DNA of 64,000 nucleotides from an uncultured cyanobacterium (GTDB taxonomy: Bacteria; Cyanobacteriota; Cyanobacteriia; Cyanobacteriales; CAWCAG01): positions 32,001 through 96,000 of the forward strand of contig CAWDOD010000011.1 of the NCBI GenBank assembly GCA_963803805.1, in the 5' to 3' direction. Each line of letters opens with the position of its first letter. The first letter of the stretch is position 1. Both the position numbers and the translations under genes were made by a program. The notes under the pieces were generated by a model, which searched no databases, was not told where the DNA came from, and worked only from the letters and a program-made list of their open reading frames with translations. Positions 52,583 through 63,486 of this stretch are shown here, piece after piece.

Positions 52583-53311
52583 TTAAATTTGAATATCACT
52601 ATCCTCGATTTTATCATCATCTTTATTTGGTTCTACTGGTGCTTTAAACCTATCTTGTACTTTGTCTGTAGCTGATTCTGCTGCATCTTGTAATTGCTCT
52701 ACTACTCTTCTTGGTAAGCCAATAACAGTTTGTAAATCTTTTTTTGTTTTAGCAAAATCTTCTTGGAGATAATCCTTAAAGTCCTCAATTTTGTGGTTTA
52801 CTCCTTCTTGGTATAAGTGGGGATTTTCTAAGGCAGTTTCTAAAACAATAACTCTTTTCTCTCCCACACTAGAAATTGCTACAGGAGTAAGTACATATAA
52901 GCCTTCAGCAACTCCGCGCCAACCGCTAGAAGCAAACAGATAGCCAATAATTTCTCCAGTTTCTCGAACAAATAAATAATCTACTAAGTTACCGACCTTA
53001 CTTCCTCCATCTGTCCAAATTTCATGACCGATTAATATCTCATTTTTTTCTGGTTTCTGATTAGTTTTTTCTTCTGTTGGCAAATTAACGATAATGCCAT
53101 CTTCACCAATTTTTTCTACTTGCTGCCAAGGAACTAAGTCTTTATGAATACCAAGCAAACCAGATTTGCAAATTAAACCAAGTACACGATGGGCTTGAGG
53201 ATCTAGCCAGATTTTTTCTACGTTACCAATTTTATCTGTGGTGCGGCGGTTTAAGACTAAGCGATTGAGTAATTCGCTATGTTTAGTGACTTCAGGTTGC
53301 TTGTTCATCAT
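52583..53311 (-). CDS. PRC-barrel domain protein
   Basis: two PRC-barrel-like units (IGNVEKIWLDP; KVGNLVDYLF). Confidence 0.8.
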   Translation of the reverse strand: MMNKQPEVTKHSELLNRLVLNRRTTDKIGNVEKIWLDPQAHRVLGLICKSGLLGIHKDLVPWQQVEKIGEDGIIVNLPTEEKTNQKPEKNEILIGHEIWTDGGSKVGNLVDYLFVRETGEIIGYLFASSGWRGVAEGLYVLTPVAISSVGEKRVIVLETALENPHLYQEGVNHKIEDFKDYLQEDFAKTKKDLQTVIGLPRRVVEQLQDAAESATDKVQDRFKAPVEPNKDDDKIEDSDIQI

Positions 53312-53505
53312 AAATATTTTGTGTTGGGAAGAATAAATTGTCGTTTCAGGAGGTTAAAAGTTAATCAATTTACTTCATTTGTTCTTGATAATTAAATAAT
53401 ACCAATTCCTGAAAATCAAGGTTTCCAAAGCTATCTGCAAAGTCTCTTCTTGTAATAAAGACCAAAGGTGGTTTCTGTTGTCTTATTGCAAAACCCCAAG
53501 AATAA

Positions 53506-55320
53506 TTAAGCCGGGATAGTAATTTTCTTTTCCCCAGCTAAAGCAAAAGCCCCATGAACCGCTTTTAAAGCAATGGCTCCCTGTTCTTCGTCTACCACAC
53601 AGCTAATTTTAATTTCTGAGGTAGTAATCATTTGAATATTGATTTTCTCTTTAGCTAAAGCGGCAAACATCTTTGCTGCTACCCCCGGTTGCCCTACCAT
53701 ACCAGAACCAACAATGCTGACTTTAGCGATTTTAGTATCTACCGAAATTTCCCCACACTGAAGTTCTTTTGCTACAGCTTGTAAGGTTTTTTGAGCAGCT
53801 TGGGCATCTGGTTGGGCTACGGTACAAGCAATGTCACGACAAGGAACTCCATTTATAATCCGGCAGCGTTGGGATTGAATAATCATATCCACGCTAATAT
53901 TTTCCTTCGCTAGCAAACTAAACACCTTTGCTGCCATGCCAGGTTGATCTGGGATGTGGCGAACAGCAAGACGGGCTTGGTTGAGATCAAGAGCAACTCC
54001 CCTCACTGGGACTAGTTGTCCTTTTTCCTGGGTAGGTTGAGTTTGCCGAATTGCAGAACTATTAATTTCAAAAGCACAACACAGAGCAGTAGCCGCGCGA
54101 TCGCTATCTTCTTGGTTAATAATACAGCTAACTTTCACTTCTGAAGTGGAGATCATTTCGATGTTAACTCCAGCTTCTGCCAGTGCGGTAAACATCTTAG
54201 CAGCAATACCCGGACGACCAATCATTCCTGCCCCAGAAATGGTAATTTTGGCAATACCTCGCTCTACCATTACCTCCGCTTCATTGTTGCTAGTACTTAT
54301 TTGAGAACGTAAAGCTGGGGCAATTGCTTCAGAAACAGCCTCTGCTTTGTTGAGAACTGCTTTAACCACAGTGAAGGCAATATCATTACTATTCCCTTCA
54401 TGAATAGATTGAATAATTAAATCTACATCAACATTTTGCTCAGAAATTTCCCCAAATAATTGAGCGGCGATACCTGGGCGATCTGGAACTCGCAAAAGAG
54501 CAACTTTAGCTTGATCTGTATCCAATTCCACCCCATCCACCGCTTTGGTAATTTCCAAACCTACTAAAGAACGAGGCTTAGGGGTGGGGGAAACCACTTT
54601 GGTTCCTGGTTCATCACTCCAACTTGAAAGTACTAACAGAGGAACACCATAATTACGGGCAATTTCTACCGCACGAGGATGCAAAACCTTGGCTCCTAAA
54701 CTGGCTAACTCTAACATCTCATCACAGGTAATTTGTTCTAACAACCTTGCTGACGGTACAATTCGTGGATCAGTGGTAAGAATACCAGGGACATCGGTAT
54801 AAATTTGGCAACAATCAGCTTTTAAGGAGGCTGCTAAAGCAACAGCAGTGGTATCAGAACCTCCTCTTCCCAGGGTGGTAATCTCTAATTCTTCTTTACT
54901 GGTTATACCCTGAAAACCAGCCACCACCAAGACTTTCCCCTCTCCTAAATGGCGCTGCATTCTTTGGGTATTAATTTCTAAAATTCGAGCGCGACTATGG
55001 GCTGCCTCTGTCACTATACCAACTTGAGCGCCAGTGAGGGAGATAGCAGGCTGTCCCAATTCTTGCAAAGCCATACTTAGTAAGGCAATAGAAACCTGTT
55101 CCCCCGTGGACAGAAGCATATCCATTTCCCGGCGATTGGGATGACTAGCAATTTGTTGGGCTAAACTAACTAAGGTATTAGTGGTTTTTCCCATGGCAGA
55201 AACCACTACTACCACTGAGTTGCCACCTTGAACTGTTTTGCAGATCCGTTGAGCAACTGCTTGAATCCTTTCTACCGAACCAACGGAAGTACCACCGTAT
55301 TTTTGGACGATTAGAGCCAT
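53506..55320 (-). CDS. lysC: aspartate kinase with four ACT domains
   Basis: QKYGGTSV, VVSAMG, TTLGRGGSDTTA, repeated ACT units ending TSE(V/I)K(V/I)SC. Confidence 0.96.
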   Translation of the reverse strand: MALIVQKYGGTSVGSVERIQAVAQRICKTVQGGNSVVVVVSAMGKTTNTLVSLAQQIASHPNRREMDMLLSTGEQVSIALLSMALQELGQPAISLTGAQVGIVTEAAHSRARILEINTQRMQRHLGEGKVLVVAGFQGITSKEELEITTLGRGGSDTTAVALAASLKADCCQIYTDVPGILTTDPRIVPSARLLEQITCDEMLELASLGAKVLHPRAVEIARNYGVPLLVLSSWSDEPGTKVVSPTPKPRSLVGLEITKAVDGVELDTDQAKVALLRVPDRPGIAAQLFGEISEQNVDVDLIIQSIHEGNSNDIAFTVVKAVLNKAEAVSEAIAPALRSQISTSNNEAEVMVERGIAKITISGAGMIGRPGIAAKMFTALAEAGVNIEMISTSEVKVSCIINQEDSDRAATALCCAFEINSSAIRQTQPTQEKGQLVPVRGVALDLNQARLAVRHIPDQPGMAAKVFSLLAKENISVDMIIQSQRCRIINGVPCRDIACTVAQPDAQAAQKTLQAVAKELQCGEISVDTKIAKVSIVGSGMVGQPGVAAKMFAALAKEKINIQMITTSEIKISCVVDEEQGAIALKAVHGAFALAGEKKITIPA

Positions 55321-55332
55321 GATCTAGGAATA

Positions 55333-55482
55333 ACGAGATGTGCAACTTAAAATGGAGCAGAAAAATCTTACTGATGTATAGTGGGAAATGATTAACTTGT
55401 ACCCTTAATCAGTGAGACTATGTTTGATATAGAAGAGTTTATCATAGCTGTCTATGTTGAGATTAACGGGGTGACGGGGTGA
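55333..55482 (+). mobile_element. IS982-family left-end remnant with the first ~15 transposase codons
   Basis: ACGAGATGTGCAACT end sequence; ORF 55420-55482 starts MFDIEEFIIAVYVEI. Confidence 0.55.
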
Positions 55483-55850
55483 AAACTATTATTCTATTGA
55501 TGCGATGTGCAACTCTTTTGAAACCCTTGTGGTGATAGGTTTCCAGGAAAGATGATTTTCTCGAAACCGACGGCGATACGATGCTATCGTTTAAAGTTGT
55601 GCAAGACGTACTTAGATTTTAATATTAGTGTACTTGCCAAATTTTTATAGTCATGTCCGAACTACAGCTTACAAGGATTGGTTTATAGAGCGATTAGTAG
55701 ATTGGAAGTTATTCAATTTCCCTAATCTTCAAAACTACGATGCTTTTTCATGTCTCATTTGAAAACGCTATATTACCTGTTGTGACGAGGAAGTAGGGAG
55801 TAATCTTAAAGATGTAACAATGCCTTTTCACCCCCTACTTCACTGTATAA

Positions 55851-56963
55851 TTAAGCAATTGTCACCTCATTAGATAAATAAACATTTTGAATCGCGTGAA
55901 ACAACTTAACTCCTTCTACCAAGGGGCGTTGAAAGGTTTTTCTACCAGAAATTAAACCACAACCACCAGCACGTTTATTAATTACCGCAGTACGTACAGC
56001 GTTAGCAAAATCGTTATCCCCAGAGGAACCACCAGAATTAATTAAACCACTACGCCCTGCGTAGCAATTGAGTACTTGGTAGCGAGTTAAATCAATAGGA
56101 TGCTCACTTGTGAGGCTATTGTAAACTCTCTCATCTGTTCTACCATATTTTTCTCCTGTCGCTTTAGCCACTGCACCGTAACCGCCATTGCATTCAGGTA
56201 GTTTCTGCTTGATAATATCAGCTTCAATGGTTACTCCCAAATGGTTGGCTTGTCCAGTTAAATCCGCCGCTAAATGGTAGTCTAGATCTTGTTTAAAGAC
56301 ATTGTTGCGTAGGTAACACCAAAGAATTGTCGCCATCCCTAATTCATGTGCCTGGGCAAAAGCTTGACTAACTTCTTGGATTTGACGGGATGATTCTGGT
56401 GAACCAAAATAAATAGTTGCCCCAACTGCTACAGCCCCCAAATTCCAGGCTTGTTTGACAGAGGCGAACATAATTTGATCTGAGGGATTAGGATAAGTTA
56501 GTAACTCGTTATGATTTAGTTTGACGATAAAGGGGAGACGATGGGCATATTGGCGAGATACCATTCCCAACACTCCTAAAGTAGTGGCAACAGCATTACA
56601 ACCTCCCTCTAAAGCTAATTTGATTATGTTTTCAGGGTCAAAATAAATTGGGTTGGGGGCAAAAGAAGCGGCGGCTGAATGTTCTATGCCCTGATCTACA
56701 GGCAAAATGGAGAGATAACCTGTGTTTGCAAGTCTCCCTGTAGAATAGAGTTGCTGTAAACTACGAAGTACTTGCGGATTGCGATCGCTGCGAACAAAAA
56801 CCCGTTCGATAAAGTCTTTTCCTGGTAAGTTTAGGGATTCTTGAGGAACTTTAGCTTCATAAGTCAACAAATCTTCAGCTTCATCACCTAAATATGAGGC
56901 AACGGAACGAGAATCTAATTGAGTAGCAACCATAATCTTGAATTGATAATTGATAATTAACAA
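55851..56963 (-). CDS. fbaB: class I fructose-bisphosphate aldolase (DhnA type); probable start at 56933
   Basis: [37 protein letters not shown]. Confidence 0.93.
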   Translation of the reverse strand: MLIINYQFKIMVATQLDSRSVASYLGDEAEDLLTYEAKVPQESLNLPGKDFIERVFVRSDRNPQVLRSLQQLYSTGRLANTGYLSILPVDQGIEHSAAASFAPNPIYFDPENIIKLALEGGCNAVATTLGVLGMVSRQYAHRLPFIVKLNHNELLTYPNPSDQIMFASVKQAWNLGAVAVGATIYFGSPESSRQIQEVSQAFAQAHELGMATILWCYLRNNVFKQDLDYHLAADLTGQANHLGVTIEADIIKQKLPECNGGYGAVAKATGEKYGRTDERVYNSLTSEHPIDLTRYQVLNCYAGRSGLINSGGSSGDNDFANAVRTAVINKRAGGCGLISGRKTFQRPLVEGVKLFHAIQNVYLSNEVTIA

Positions 56964-57043
56964 TTTATTCTAGCTAGTTTAATGATATGTTGTTTTAATT
57001 CGTAACAGCTTATAATTTTTTTATCATTTCATAGCTAATAAAA

Positions 57044-57499
57044 ATGCGATCAGGGCTAACTTTAGTTAAAGGTATAGTGAAACAAGGTCATCAAGTAGCA
57101 TCAGGAATAGCTGAAGATAGTCCTTATAATCAAGGTACTATTAAAATGCAATTACCGTTTTTCCAAGAATTAGGACTTGATCTGAGCGGTTATTATTTAG
57201 GTACATTGAATATTTCCATCGCACCCCACAGTTTTGAAATAAAGCAACCGAAATATACCTTCAAAAACGTTAAATGGCATCCTGATTATCCCGCAGAAGA
57301 TTTTTCTTTTTCTCCTTCTCAAGTGATTGTTGAAAATATTAATTATTCAGGGTTTATATATTATCCCCATCCCGAAACTAAAATTGGTCATTTCCAAGAT
57401 GACTCTATTTTAGAAGCGATCACTTTACCAATACCGAATCTCAATTATGGTGATTCCCTACAGTTAGCAATTGAGCAAAGAGAGATTTTCATCCACTGA
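57044..57499 (+). CDS. conserved hypothetical protein, possibly riboflavin-kinase-like fold
   Basis: GIVKQGHQVASG, GTLNISI, YYPHPETK; fold guess rests on the GTLN motif only. Confidence 0.6.
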   Translation: MRSGLTLVKGIVKQGHQVASGIAEDSPYNQGTIKMQLPFFQELGLDLSGYYLGTLNISIAPHSFEIKQPKYTFKNVKWHPDYPAEDFSFSPSQVIVENINYSGFIYYPHPETKIGHFQDDSILEAITLPIPNLNYGDSLQLAIEQREIFIH

Positions 57500-57609
57500 T
57501 ATTAATATAAGCCGTTACACATTTCCAAAACATATGGTTAAACTAGCTAAAATAAACTGTAGTTCTTTCCTCTTAACCATTACCTTAGCGATCCCCTACA
57601 AAAATTCAG

Positions 57610-58665
57610 TTAATCAGCTAATTGTGAATAGCGATGGTTATCAACCTTATCAAAAGTCCCATTGTAAACAAAGTTTCTTACCATATCGGCTTTAAAGAAA
57701 TCGTGGGGGAAACCGAGTTCAATTTTGCTTACTTCATCTAGTTGTTTTAGCTGTTCTGCTGACAATTTAACATCAACACATTTAAGATTGTCTTCTACGT
57801 GGGCTACTTTTCTCGCCCCAACAATAGGAATTACTCCTTTACTCAACAACCAACTGAGGGCAACTTGTGAGGAACTTTTCCCTGTTTTTTCGGCAACTTC
57901 ATCCACTTCTTTGGCAATATTCAGGTTGCGATCACTTTTATCAACAAACCCCTCCATCATTTCACTATCTAAACGTCTTTCTTCGCCAGATTGATTACCT
58001 TTACTGTACTTTCCTGTTAACCAACCACTAGCTAAAGGCGACCAGGCAGTAACACCAATATCAAGAGTGTGAGCCATTGGTAATAATTCTCGTTCGGGCG
58101 CTCTTTGTATTAAGCTATATTCAATTTGTAGACCAATAAATTGTGTCCATCCTCGTAATTCAGCCAAGGTATTACATTGAGAAACAACCCAAGCAGGAGC
58201 ATCAGAAATACCAATATATAATATTTTTCCTGCTCGAATTAAATCATCAAAAGCTCGCATAACTTCTTCTGGTGGGGTCATAAAGTCCCAAGTATGCAAC
58301 CATAAAATATCAATATAATCAGTATTCAAACGCTTAAGACTGCCTTCAACTGATTGCACCATACTTTTACGTTGATTACCACTACCATTAGGATTGCCAT
58401 CCCCTAAACCATTGGTATATTTGGTTGCTAGTACAACAGCATCTCGTTGAGAAGCAATAAATTCACCAAGAAACTTCTCACTTGTACCATTGGTGTAGAT
58501 ATTAGCAGTATCAATAAAATTACCACCAGCTTCTAGGAAAGCATGGTAAATCTTTTTACTTTCTTCTTTTGATGAACCCCAGCCCCAATCTTCACCAAAA
58601 GTCATTGTCCCAAGACAGAGTTCAGATACTCTTAGTCCACTTTTTCCAAGCAATTTATAACGCAT
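57610..58665 (-). CDS. aldo/keto reductase
   Basis: GLRVSELCLGTMTFG, DTANIY, SLKRLNTDYID, WSPLASG. Confidence 0.95.
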   Translation of the reverse strand: MRYKLLGKSGLRVSELCLGTMTFGEDWGWGSSKEESKKIYHAFLEAGGNFIDTANIYTNGTSEKFLGEFIASQRDAVVLATKYTNGLGDGNPNGSGNQRKSMVQSVEGSLKRLNTDYIDILWLHTWDFMTPPEEVMRAFDDLIRAGKILYIGISDAPAWVVSQCNTLAELRGWTQFIGLQIEYSLIQRAPERELLPMAHTLDIGVTAWSPLASGWLTGKYSKGNQSGEERRLDSEMMEGFVDKSDRNLNIAKEVDEVAEKTGKSSSQVALSWLLSKGVIPIVGARKVAHVEDNLKCVDVKLSAEQLKQLDEVSKIELGFPHDFFKADMVRNFVYNGTFDKVDNHRYSQLAD

Positions 58666-58937
58666 TATTTTTCTCCTTTATAGCTAAGCTGTCAGTAAAG
58701 CGGAGGCGGCCCCGCGTTGGCGTAAGAAGCAAAGGAACTCGCACCAAGCAAATTAACTGGCAAAACTAGTTATATCGAGTGGTTTAACAACACCTTGAGA
58801 CAGGACGTTGGGCCCTTAGTGCGTAAGACTCTATCATTTTCCAAAAAGCTCAGTAATCATATCGCTGCTATCTGGTATTTCGGGCATCACTATAATACTT
58901 CTCTGTGTTCTTGACCGTTACTATTCAGGACTACCCA

Positions 58938-59264
58938 TTAAGCTTCTTCGTCTGTTTCAATTTTTTTCCCAGGAGAAGCATTATAGATGGCATCTAATTG
59001 TTCTCTAGCATCATCAACATTAACAGAACGCATTACTAAAAGTGGCTCGTTTATTGGCTGACCTCTTTCATCCAATAATTCTGGGTGAGGTACAGTTTTA
59101 GCCATTCTATTTCCAGATGGACCATTATTGCTGTTATTAGAGTTGGGCTTATAAGTATAGCGTCGGTTTGATTCAGCCGTTAAGTTAATTAAGTTACTAA
59201 TTAGGTTGCTAATGGCGAAAAAAGCAATAACTGTAAAGGCAAGAATGTAAAGTATATGTAACAT
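58938..59264 (-). CDS. DUF2973 domain-containing protein
   Basis: N-terminal TM; HPELLDE.G....EPLLV. Confidence 0.8.
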   Translation of the reverse strand: MLHILYILAFTVIAFFAISNLISNLINLTAESNRRYTYKPNSNNSNNGPSGNRMAKTVPHPELLDERGQPINEPLLVMRSVNVDDAREQLDAIYNASPGKKIETDEEA

Positions 59265-59360
59265 TATTGTGATCCTCTCAGTGGAGTAGTTTTATTGACG
59301 AAAGTTTATTAAAAAGAGCCAGCAAAAAAGTTAGAGATTACTTTGGTATTGGCAAGTAGT

Positions 59361-59687
59361 TTAATCATAGGCTTGTTCTTGGTGAGAGCGCCATCTTTGT
59401 GATATTTGCCAGCATTCAGCTACTAATTGATGCCAAGGTACAAGGGTGGCTGTTTCAATGCCAGCTTGGCCGTCAGTTGCCTGTAATAACATCTGAGCAA
59501 CACTAACTTCTTGTTGAGCGCGAGAGAGTCGTGCTAGCAAATTAGTTCGCTCTTCATTGCTAAGAAAAGAAATTTCTTTTGCTTCTAATAAAGATTGCGA
59601 ACGAGAAAACCAATACTGAAAATCTTCGAGTAGAGGTCTAAGGACTGTTTTGAGCAGTTCGTTTTCAGGAAAATGAGAAGGCGACAT
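59361..59687 (-). CDS. DUF2605 domain-containing protein
   Basis: LLEDFQYWFSRS, PWHQLVAECW. Confidence 0.8.
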   Translation of the reverse strand: MSPSHFPENELLKTVLRPLLEDFQYWFSRSQSLLEAKEISFLSNEERTNLLARLSRAQQEVSVAQMLLQATDGQAGIETATLVPWHQLVAECWQISQRWRSHQEQAYD

Positions 59688-59787
59688 TTATATAAAGCAG
59701 CTTACTATCTAAGTCTACATATTAGCGTTATTTACAATCTTTAATATTTATTACTTGGATTTTTGAGGGCAATATGCTAAAAAGCCT

Positions 59788-59827
59788 CTAAATGTAGGGC
59801 AAGCTTAAAACTTGCCTCACATTTAGA
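59788..59827 (-). terminator. hairpin downstream of the small basic ORF
   Basis: ctaaatgtagggcaag...cttgcctcacatttag inverted repeat. Confidence 0.55.
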
Positions 59828-59845
59828 GGCCTTTTGTGCAACAAT

Positions 59846-60043
59846 TTAATTATTATTATTGTTGCCGTTGTTATCATTGTTATCATCACCGGCGGCATTA
59901 CCTGTACCAGTTTTTCTTCCTCCACCGTTACCGTAACGCTTACCTCCTCGGGTAAAACGTTTGTTGCGATTTTTCCTAAATTTGCGAGCATAGGCTTTAT
60001 TGCGCTCAGCTTTTTCTTTTTTTAGGTTTCTACGTTTTGACAT
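59846..60043 (-). CDS. small basic protein
   Basis: MSKRRNLKKEKAERNKAYARKFRK; GAGG upstream of the ATG and a hairpin downstream. Confidence 0.65.
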   Translation of the reverse strand: MSKRRNLKKEKAERNKAYARKFRKNRNKRFTRGGKRYGNGGGRKTGTGNAAGDDNNDNNGNNNNN

Positions 60044-60199
60044 TATGACCTCATTGACACGACAAAGCGCCTTCAGCTTTGGCTCGTTAGATTAACTCCC
60101 AAGCGTTTCTGAGGCGCTTATTGAATTTAGACTTTATTACTATTAAATTGCTGTTGTGGTCTAAAAACTCTGGGGTATTTCTAAATAAATCTTCAACTC

Positions 60200-60510
60200 G
60201 CGACATACTCCTACACTAGCTTTTTAAGTATAGTGTAGGCTTCTTACCAACTCCACCCAGCAGTATTTCATGATTGAGATACTCCACGAACGGATGCTCG
60301 ATAAGCTTTATTAACGACACGTAATGCCCTACCGCACCGGATTTAAAATCAAAGGCTTATTGGCTTATGGGCGTTAGTGAACTCAAACCCGTTTCTCTAT
60401 TCTACGGTATGTTTGATGTACTTTGAGGGTTTTTTATAAGATATCTACGCCCAACTAGCCTATCCACCCCGACACCAATATCAAAAGATTACGATGCGGG
60501 GCTTCCGGCG
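60200..60510 (-). mobile_element. non-autonomous IS200/IS605-family derivative
   Basis: two subterminal hairpins, each preceded on the minus strand by GAAGCC; no transposase ORF. Confidence 0.65.
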
Positions 60511-60515
60511 TTAAG

Positions 60516-60794
60516 CTAAAACCTATTGTTTTTTCTGCGGTTGTCTCTATCTTCCCTCGGTCTGGCTTTGTTGACACGTAACTGTCTATTCATCCATTCT
60601 GCCCCATCAAGTTCGGCTATGGCTTTGTCTTCTTGGCTTTCTTCTTCCATTTCCACAAAAGCAAAACCACGAACTCGGCCTGTTTCCCTATCTTTTGGTA
60701 TGACAACGCTCTTAACAGAACCGTATTCTGCAAAAACTTCGGACAGGTCTTCTTCTTTGACCTGGTAAGATAGGTTGCCTATGTAAATTGTCAC
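60516..60794 (-). CDS. rbp: RRM RNA-binding protein (Rbp family)
   Basis: RNP2 IYIGNL, RNP1 RGFAFVEM. Confidence 0.93.
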   Translation of the reverse strand: MTIYIGNLSYQVKEEDLSEVFAEYGSVKSVVIPKDRETGRVRGFAFVEMEEESQEDKAIAELDGAEWMNRQLRVNKARPREDRDNRRKNNRF

Positions 60795-61027
60795 TAATGC
60801 TTCTCCGTCTGAAATACTGGCTTAGATAAAGGTCGGCTGGAGATAATTTAGAAACTCTAATTAGGCTAGCCCGTTATAATTTCTAGAAAAGTCTCTTGGC
60901 TATATAGGGTTTCCCAACCGCTAGCTAGTCCGAACTAAAATCTATTTTCGTACTAACTATAGCATATTTAGGCTAGTGTAAAACTGAGTTGAAAATCGGT
61001 TCGAGAATAGAGTTTCTAAGGAAATTT

Positions 61028-61378
61028 TCATCCCCCGCTAATCTTTGCTTTATAGCCTAATTTTTGCAAAAACTGGCAAATTTTTTCTTTATGGTCGCCT
61101 TGAATTTCTAAAGTATTATCCTTGAAGGTTCCACCGCTACCACAATGACTTTTTAATTGCTTGAGTAAAGTAGTTAGGGTTTCTGATGTACTTTGGAATC
61201 CCTCAATAATAGTGACTGTTTTACCTTTACGCCCTTTGCGAGTAGATTGTACCCGCAAGTTCTGTTGATTAGGAGGTAAATCTGGTTTACCCCGTTCTAA
61301 GGCTGCTGGCTGGCTAGCTTCACCAAATTCTTGGTAAGCAATTCGTTGGTTAGAAGAAGATTTACGCTTTTTGCTCAT
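61028..61378 (-). CDS. yciH: SUI1/YciH translation initiation factor homolog
   Basis: RKGRKGKTVTII, LKSHCGSGG, IQGDH. Confidence 0.9.
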   Translation of the reverse strand: MSKKRKSSSNQRIAYQEFGEASQPAALERGKPDLPPNQQNLRVQSTRKGRKGKTVTIIEGFQSTSETLTTLLKQLKSHCGSGGTFKDNTLEIQGDHKEKICQFLQKLGYKAKISGG

Positions 61379-61455
61379 ATAAGGTTGGTTGGTTATTCCC
61401 GCTTCGCCAATAGATTTATAATTAAACCTGTCGTAATAGTATTTTGCCTTAAATT

Positions 61456-62697
61456 GTGAGCGCCACTACCAACACTGCGGTTTATACCGATTCCCAACAA
61501 CCCGATGCTTTAGGAAGATTTGGTCGTTTTGGAGGTAAGTATGTACCGGAAACCTTAATGCCGGCTTTAAGCGAGTTAGAATCTGCTTATAGTCAATATC
61601 GCCAAGATCCTGACTTTATGAAGGAATTACAGGGGCTACTGCGAGATTATGTCGGTAGACCTAGCCCTTTATATTTTGCCCAACGCTTGAGCGATCGCTA
61701 CGCTAAATCTGATGCTACAGGGCCGCAAATTTATCTTAAAAGAGAAGATTTAAACCATACCGGGGCCCATAAAATTAATAATGCTTTAGCTCAAGTTTTG
61801 TTAGCTAAGCGTATGGGTAAGCAGCGTATTATAGCTGAAACTGGTGCAGGGCAGCATGGCGTGGCTACAGCAACAGTCTGCGCCCGCTTTGGCTTGGAAT
61901 GTATTATTTATATGGGGGAACAGGATATGGAACGCCAAGCCCTCAATGTTTTTCGGATGCGACTGCTAGATGCGAAGGTGCAACCTGTAACCGCAGGTAC
62001 TGGTACTCTCAAAGATGCTACTTCTGAAGCGATTCGGGATTGGGTAACCAATGTGGAGAATACCCATTATATTCTCGGCTCTGTGGCTGGACCTCATCCT
62101 TATCCGAGAATGGTTAGGGATTTTCATGCTGTTATTGGTCAAGAGACTCGCCAGCAATGTCAGGAAAAGTGGGGGGGGCTACCTGATATTCTCATGGCTT
62201 GTGTGGGCGGAGGTTCTAATGCCATGGGCTTATTTGCTGAGTTTGTTAAAGATACCTCTGTGAGGATGATCGGTGTCGAAGCAGCAGGAGAAGGTACGGA
62301 AACAGAGAAACACGCTGCTACTCTCACCAAAGGTCGTCCAGGGGTGTTACACGGAGCCATGAGCTATTTATTACAGGATACTGAAGGTCAAGTCATTGAA
62401 GCTCATTCTATTAGTGCCGGATTGGATTACCCTGGAGTGGGACCAGAACATAGTTATCTCAAGGATACCCAACGGGCAGAATACTATAGCGTTACTGATG
62501 CTGAAGCAGTGGATGCTTTTGTGCGAGTATCAAAGTTGGAAGGAATTATCCCTGCTTTAGAAACTGCCCATGCTTTTGCTTATTTAGAAGCTCTTTGCCC
62601 CCAATTACCAGGCAGTCCTAAAATCGTTATTAATTGTTCGGGGCGAGGTGATAAGGATGTGAGGACGGTGGCGAAGTATTTAGGAAAGGAATGGTAA
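61456..62697 (+). CDS. trpB: tryptophan synthase beta subunit
   Basis: [32 protein letters not shown]. Confidence 0.97.
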   Translation: MSATTNTAVYTDSQQPDALGRFGRFGGKYVPETLMPALSELESAYSQYRQDPDFMKELQGLLRDYVGRPSPLYFAQRLSDRYAKSDATGPQIYLKREDLNHTGAHKINNALAQVLLAKRMGKQRIIAETGAGQHGVATATVCARFGLECIIYMGEQDMERQALNVFRMRLLDAKVQPVTAGTGTLKDATSEAIRDWVTNVENTHYILGSVAGPHPYPRMVRDFHAVIGQETRQQCQEKWGGLPDILMACVGGGSNAMGLFAEFVKDTSVRMIGVEAAGEGTETEKHAATLTKGRPGVLHGAMSYLLQDTEGQVIEAHSISAGLDYPGVGPEHSYLKDTQRAEYYSVTDAEAVDAFVRVSKLEGIIPALETAHAFAYLEALCPQLPGSPKIVINCSGRGDKDVRTVAKYLGKEW

Positions 62698-62737
62698 TTT
62701 AGAACAGGGAGGGGGGAGCAGGATTAAAACAATCTTT

Positions 62738-63397
62738 TTGTATAGCTATTTAGTTATTCTGTGCATGAAATTAGAAAATTTTCAGGTCTGTGATCGTGAT
62801 CTTGATGAACCTACTTTAGAAAAGTATTTGGACTCTCAAGAAATTGCTGTAGATACAGAGACGATGGGGTTAGTTCCTCAGCGTGATCGCCTTTGTTTGG
62901 TACAATTGTGTGGGCCTCAAGGTTATGTCACAGCTATTCGTATTGAGCAGGGACAGAAGGAAGCACCTCATTTAAAACAGTTAATGGAAGCTGTGGGGGT
63001 AACTAAAATCTTTCATTTTGCTCGCTTCGATATTGCTCAATTACAATCTAGCTTGGGCATCTCAACTCATCCTCTTTTTTGTACCAAAATAGCTAGTAAG
63101 CTAGCTCGTACCTATACTTCTAGCCACGGACTAAAGAGCTTAGTTCAGGATTTAGAGCAAGTTGAGTTGGATAAAAGCGCTCAAAGTTCTGATTGGGGAA
63201 ATGCAGCTAACCTTTCTGATGAACAACTCAATTATGCGGCCAATGATGTCCGTTATTTGATTAGTTTACAGCAGAAATTAATTAGTATGCTACAAAGAGA
63301 AAAACGTTGGGAATTAGCTAAACAATGCTTTGCTTGCGTGCCAGTATTTGCTTCTTTAGATTTACTTCATTACCAAGGTATTTTTGACCATAGATAG
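62738..63397 (+). CDS. RNase D-like 3'-5' exonuclease; probable start at 62765
   Basis: AVDTET, FHFARFD, SDW, YAANDV (DEDDy motifs). Confidence 0.9.
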   Translation: MYSYLVILCMKLENFQVCDRDLDEPTLEKYLDSQEIAVDTETMGLVPQRDRLCLVQLCGPQGYVTAIRIEQGQKEAPHLKQLMEAVGVTKIFHFARFDIAQLQSSLGISTHPLFCTKIASKLARTYTSSHGLKSLVQDLEQVELDKSAQSSDWGNAANLSDEQLNYAANDVRYLISLQQKLISMLQREKRWELAKQCFACVPVFASLDLLHYQGIFDHR

Positions 63398-63486
63398 GTA
63401 GCTAAAATTATCAATAAATAGGCAACAAAAATATTAGCCTCCTAACTACGCTTAAAATAATCTAGCTTCACAGGAGAAGTTGAGGG

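Noticed and set aside
58685-58890. Possible ncRNA (6S, SRP or riboswitch) upstream of the aldo/keto reductase
   Set aside because: GC-rich patch, but no recognisable family motif or convincing long stem; may be a decayed MITE (starts TAAGCTGTCAG). Needs an Rfam search.
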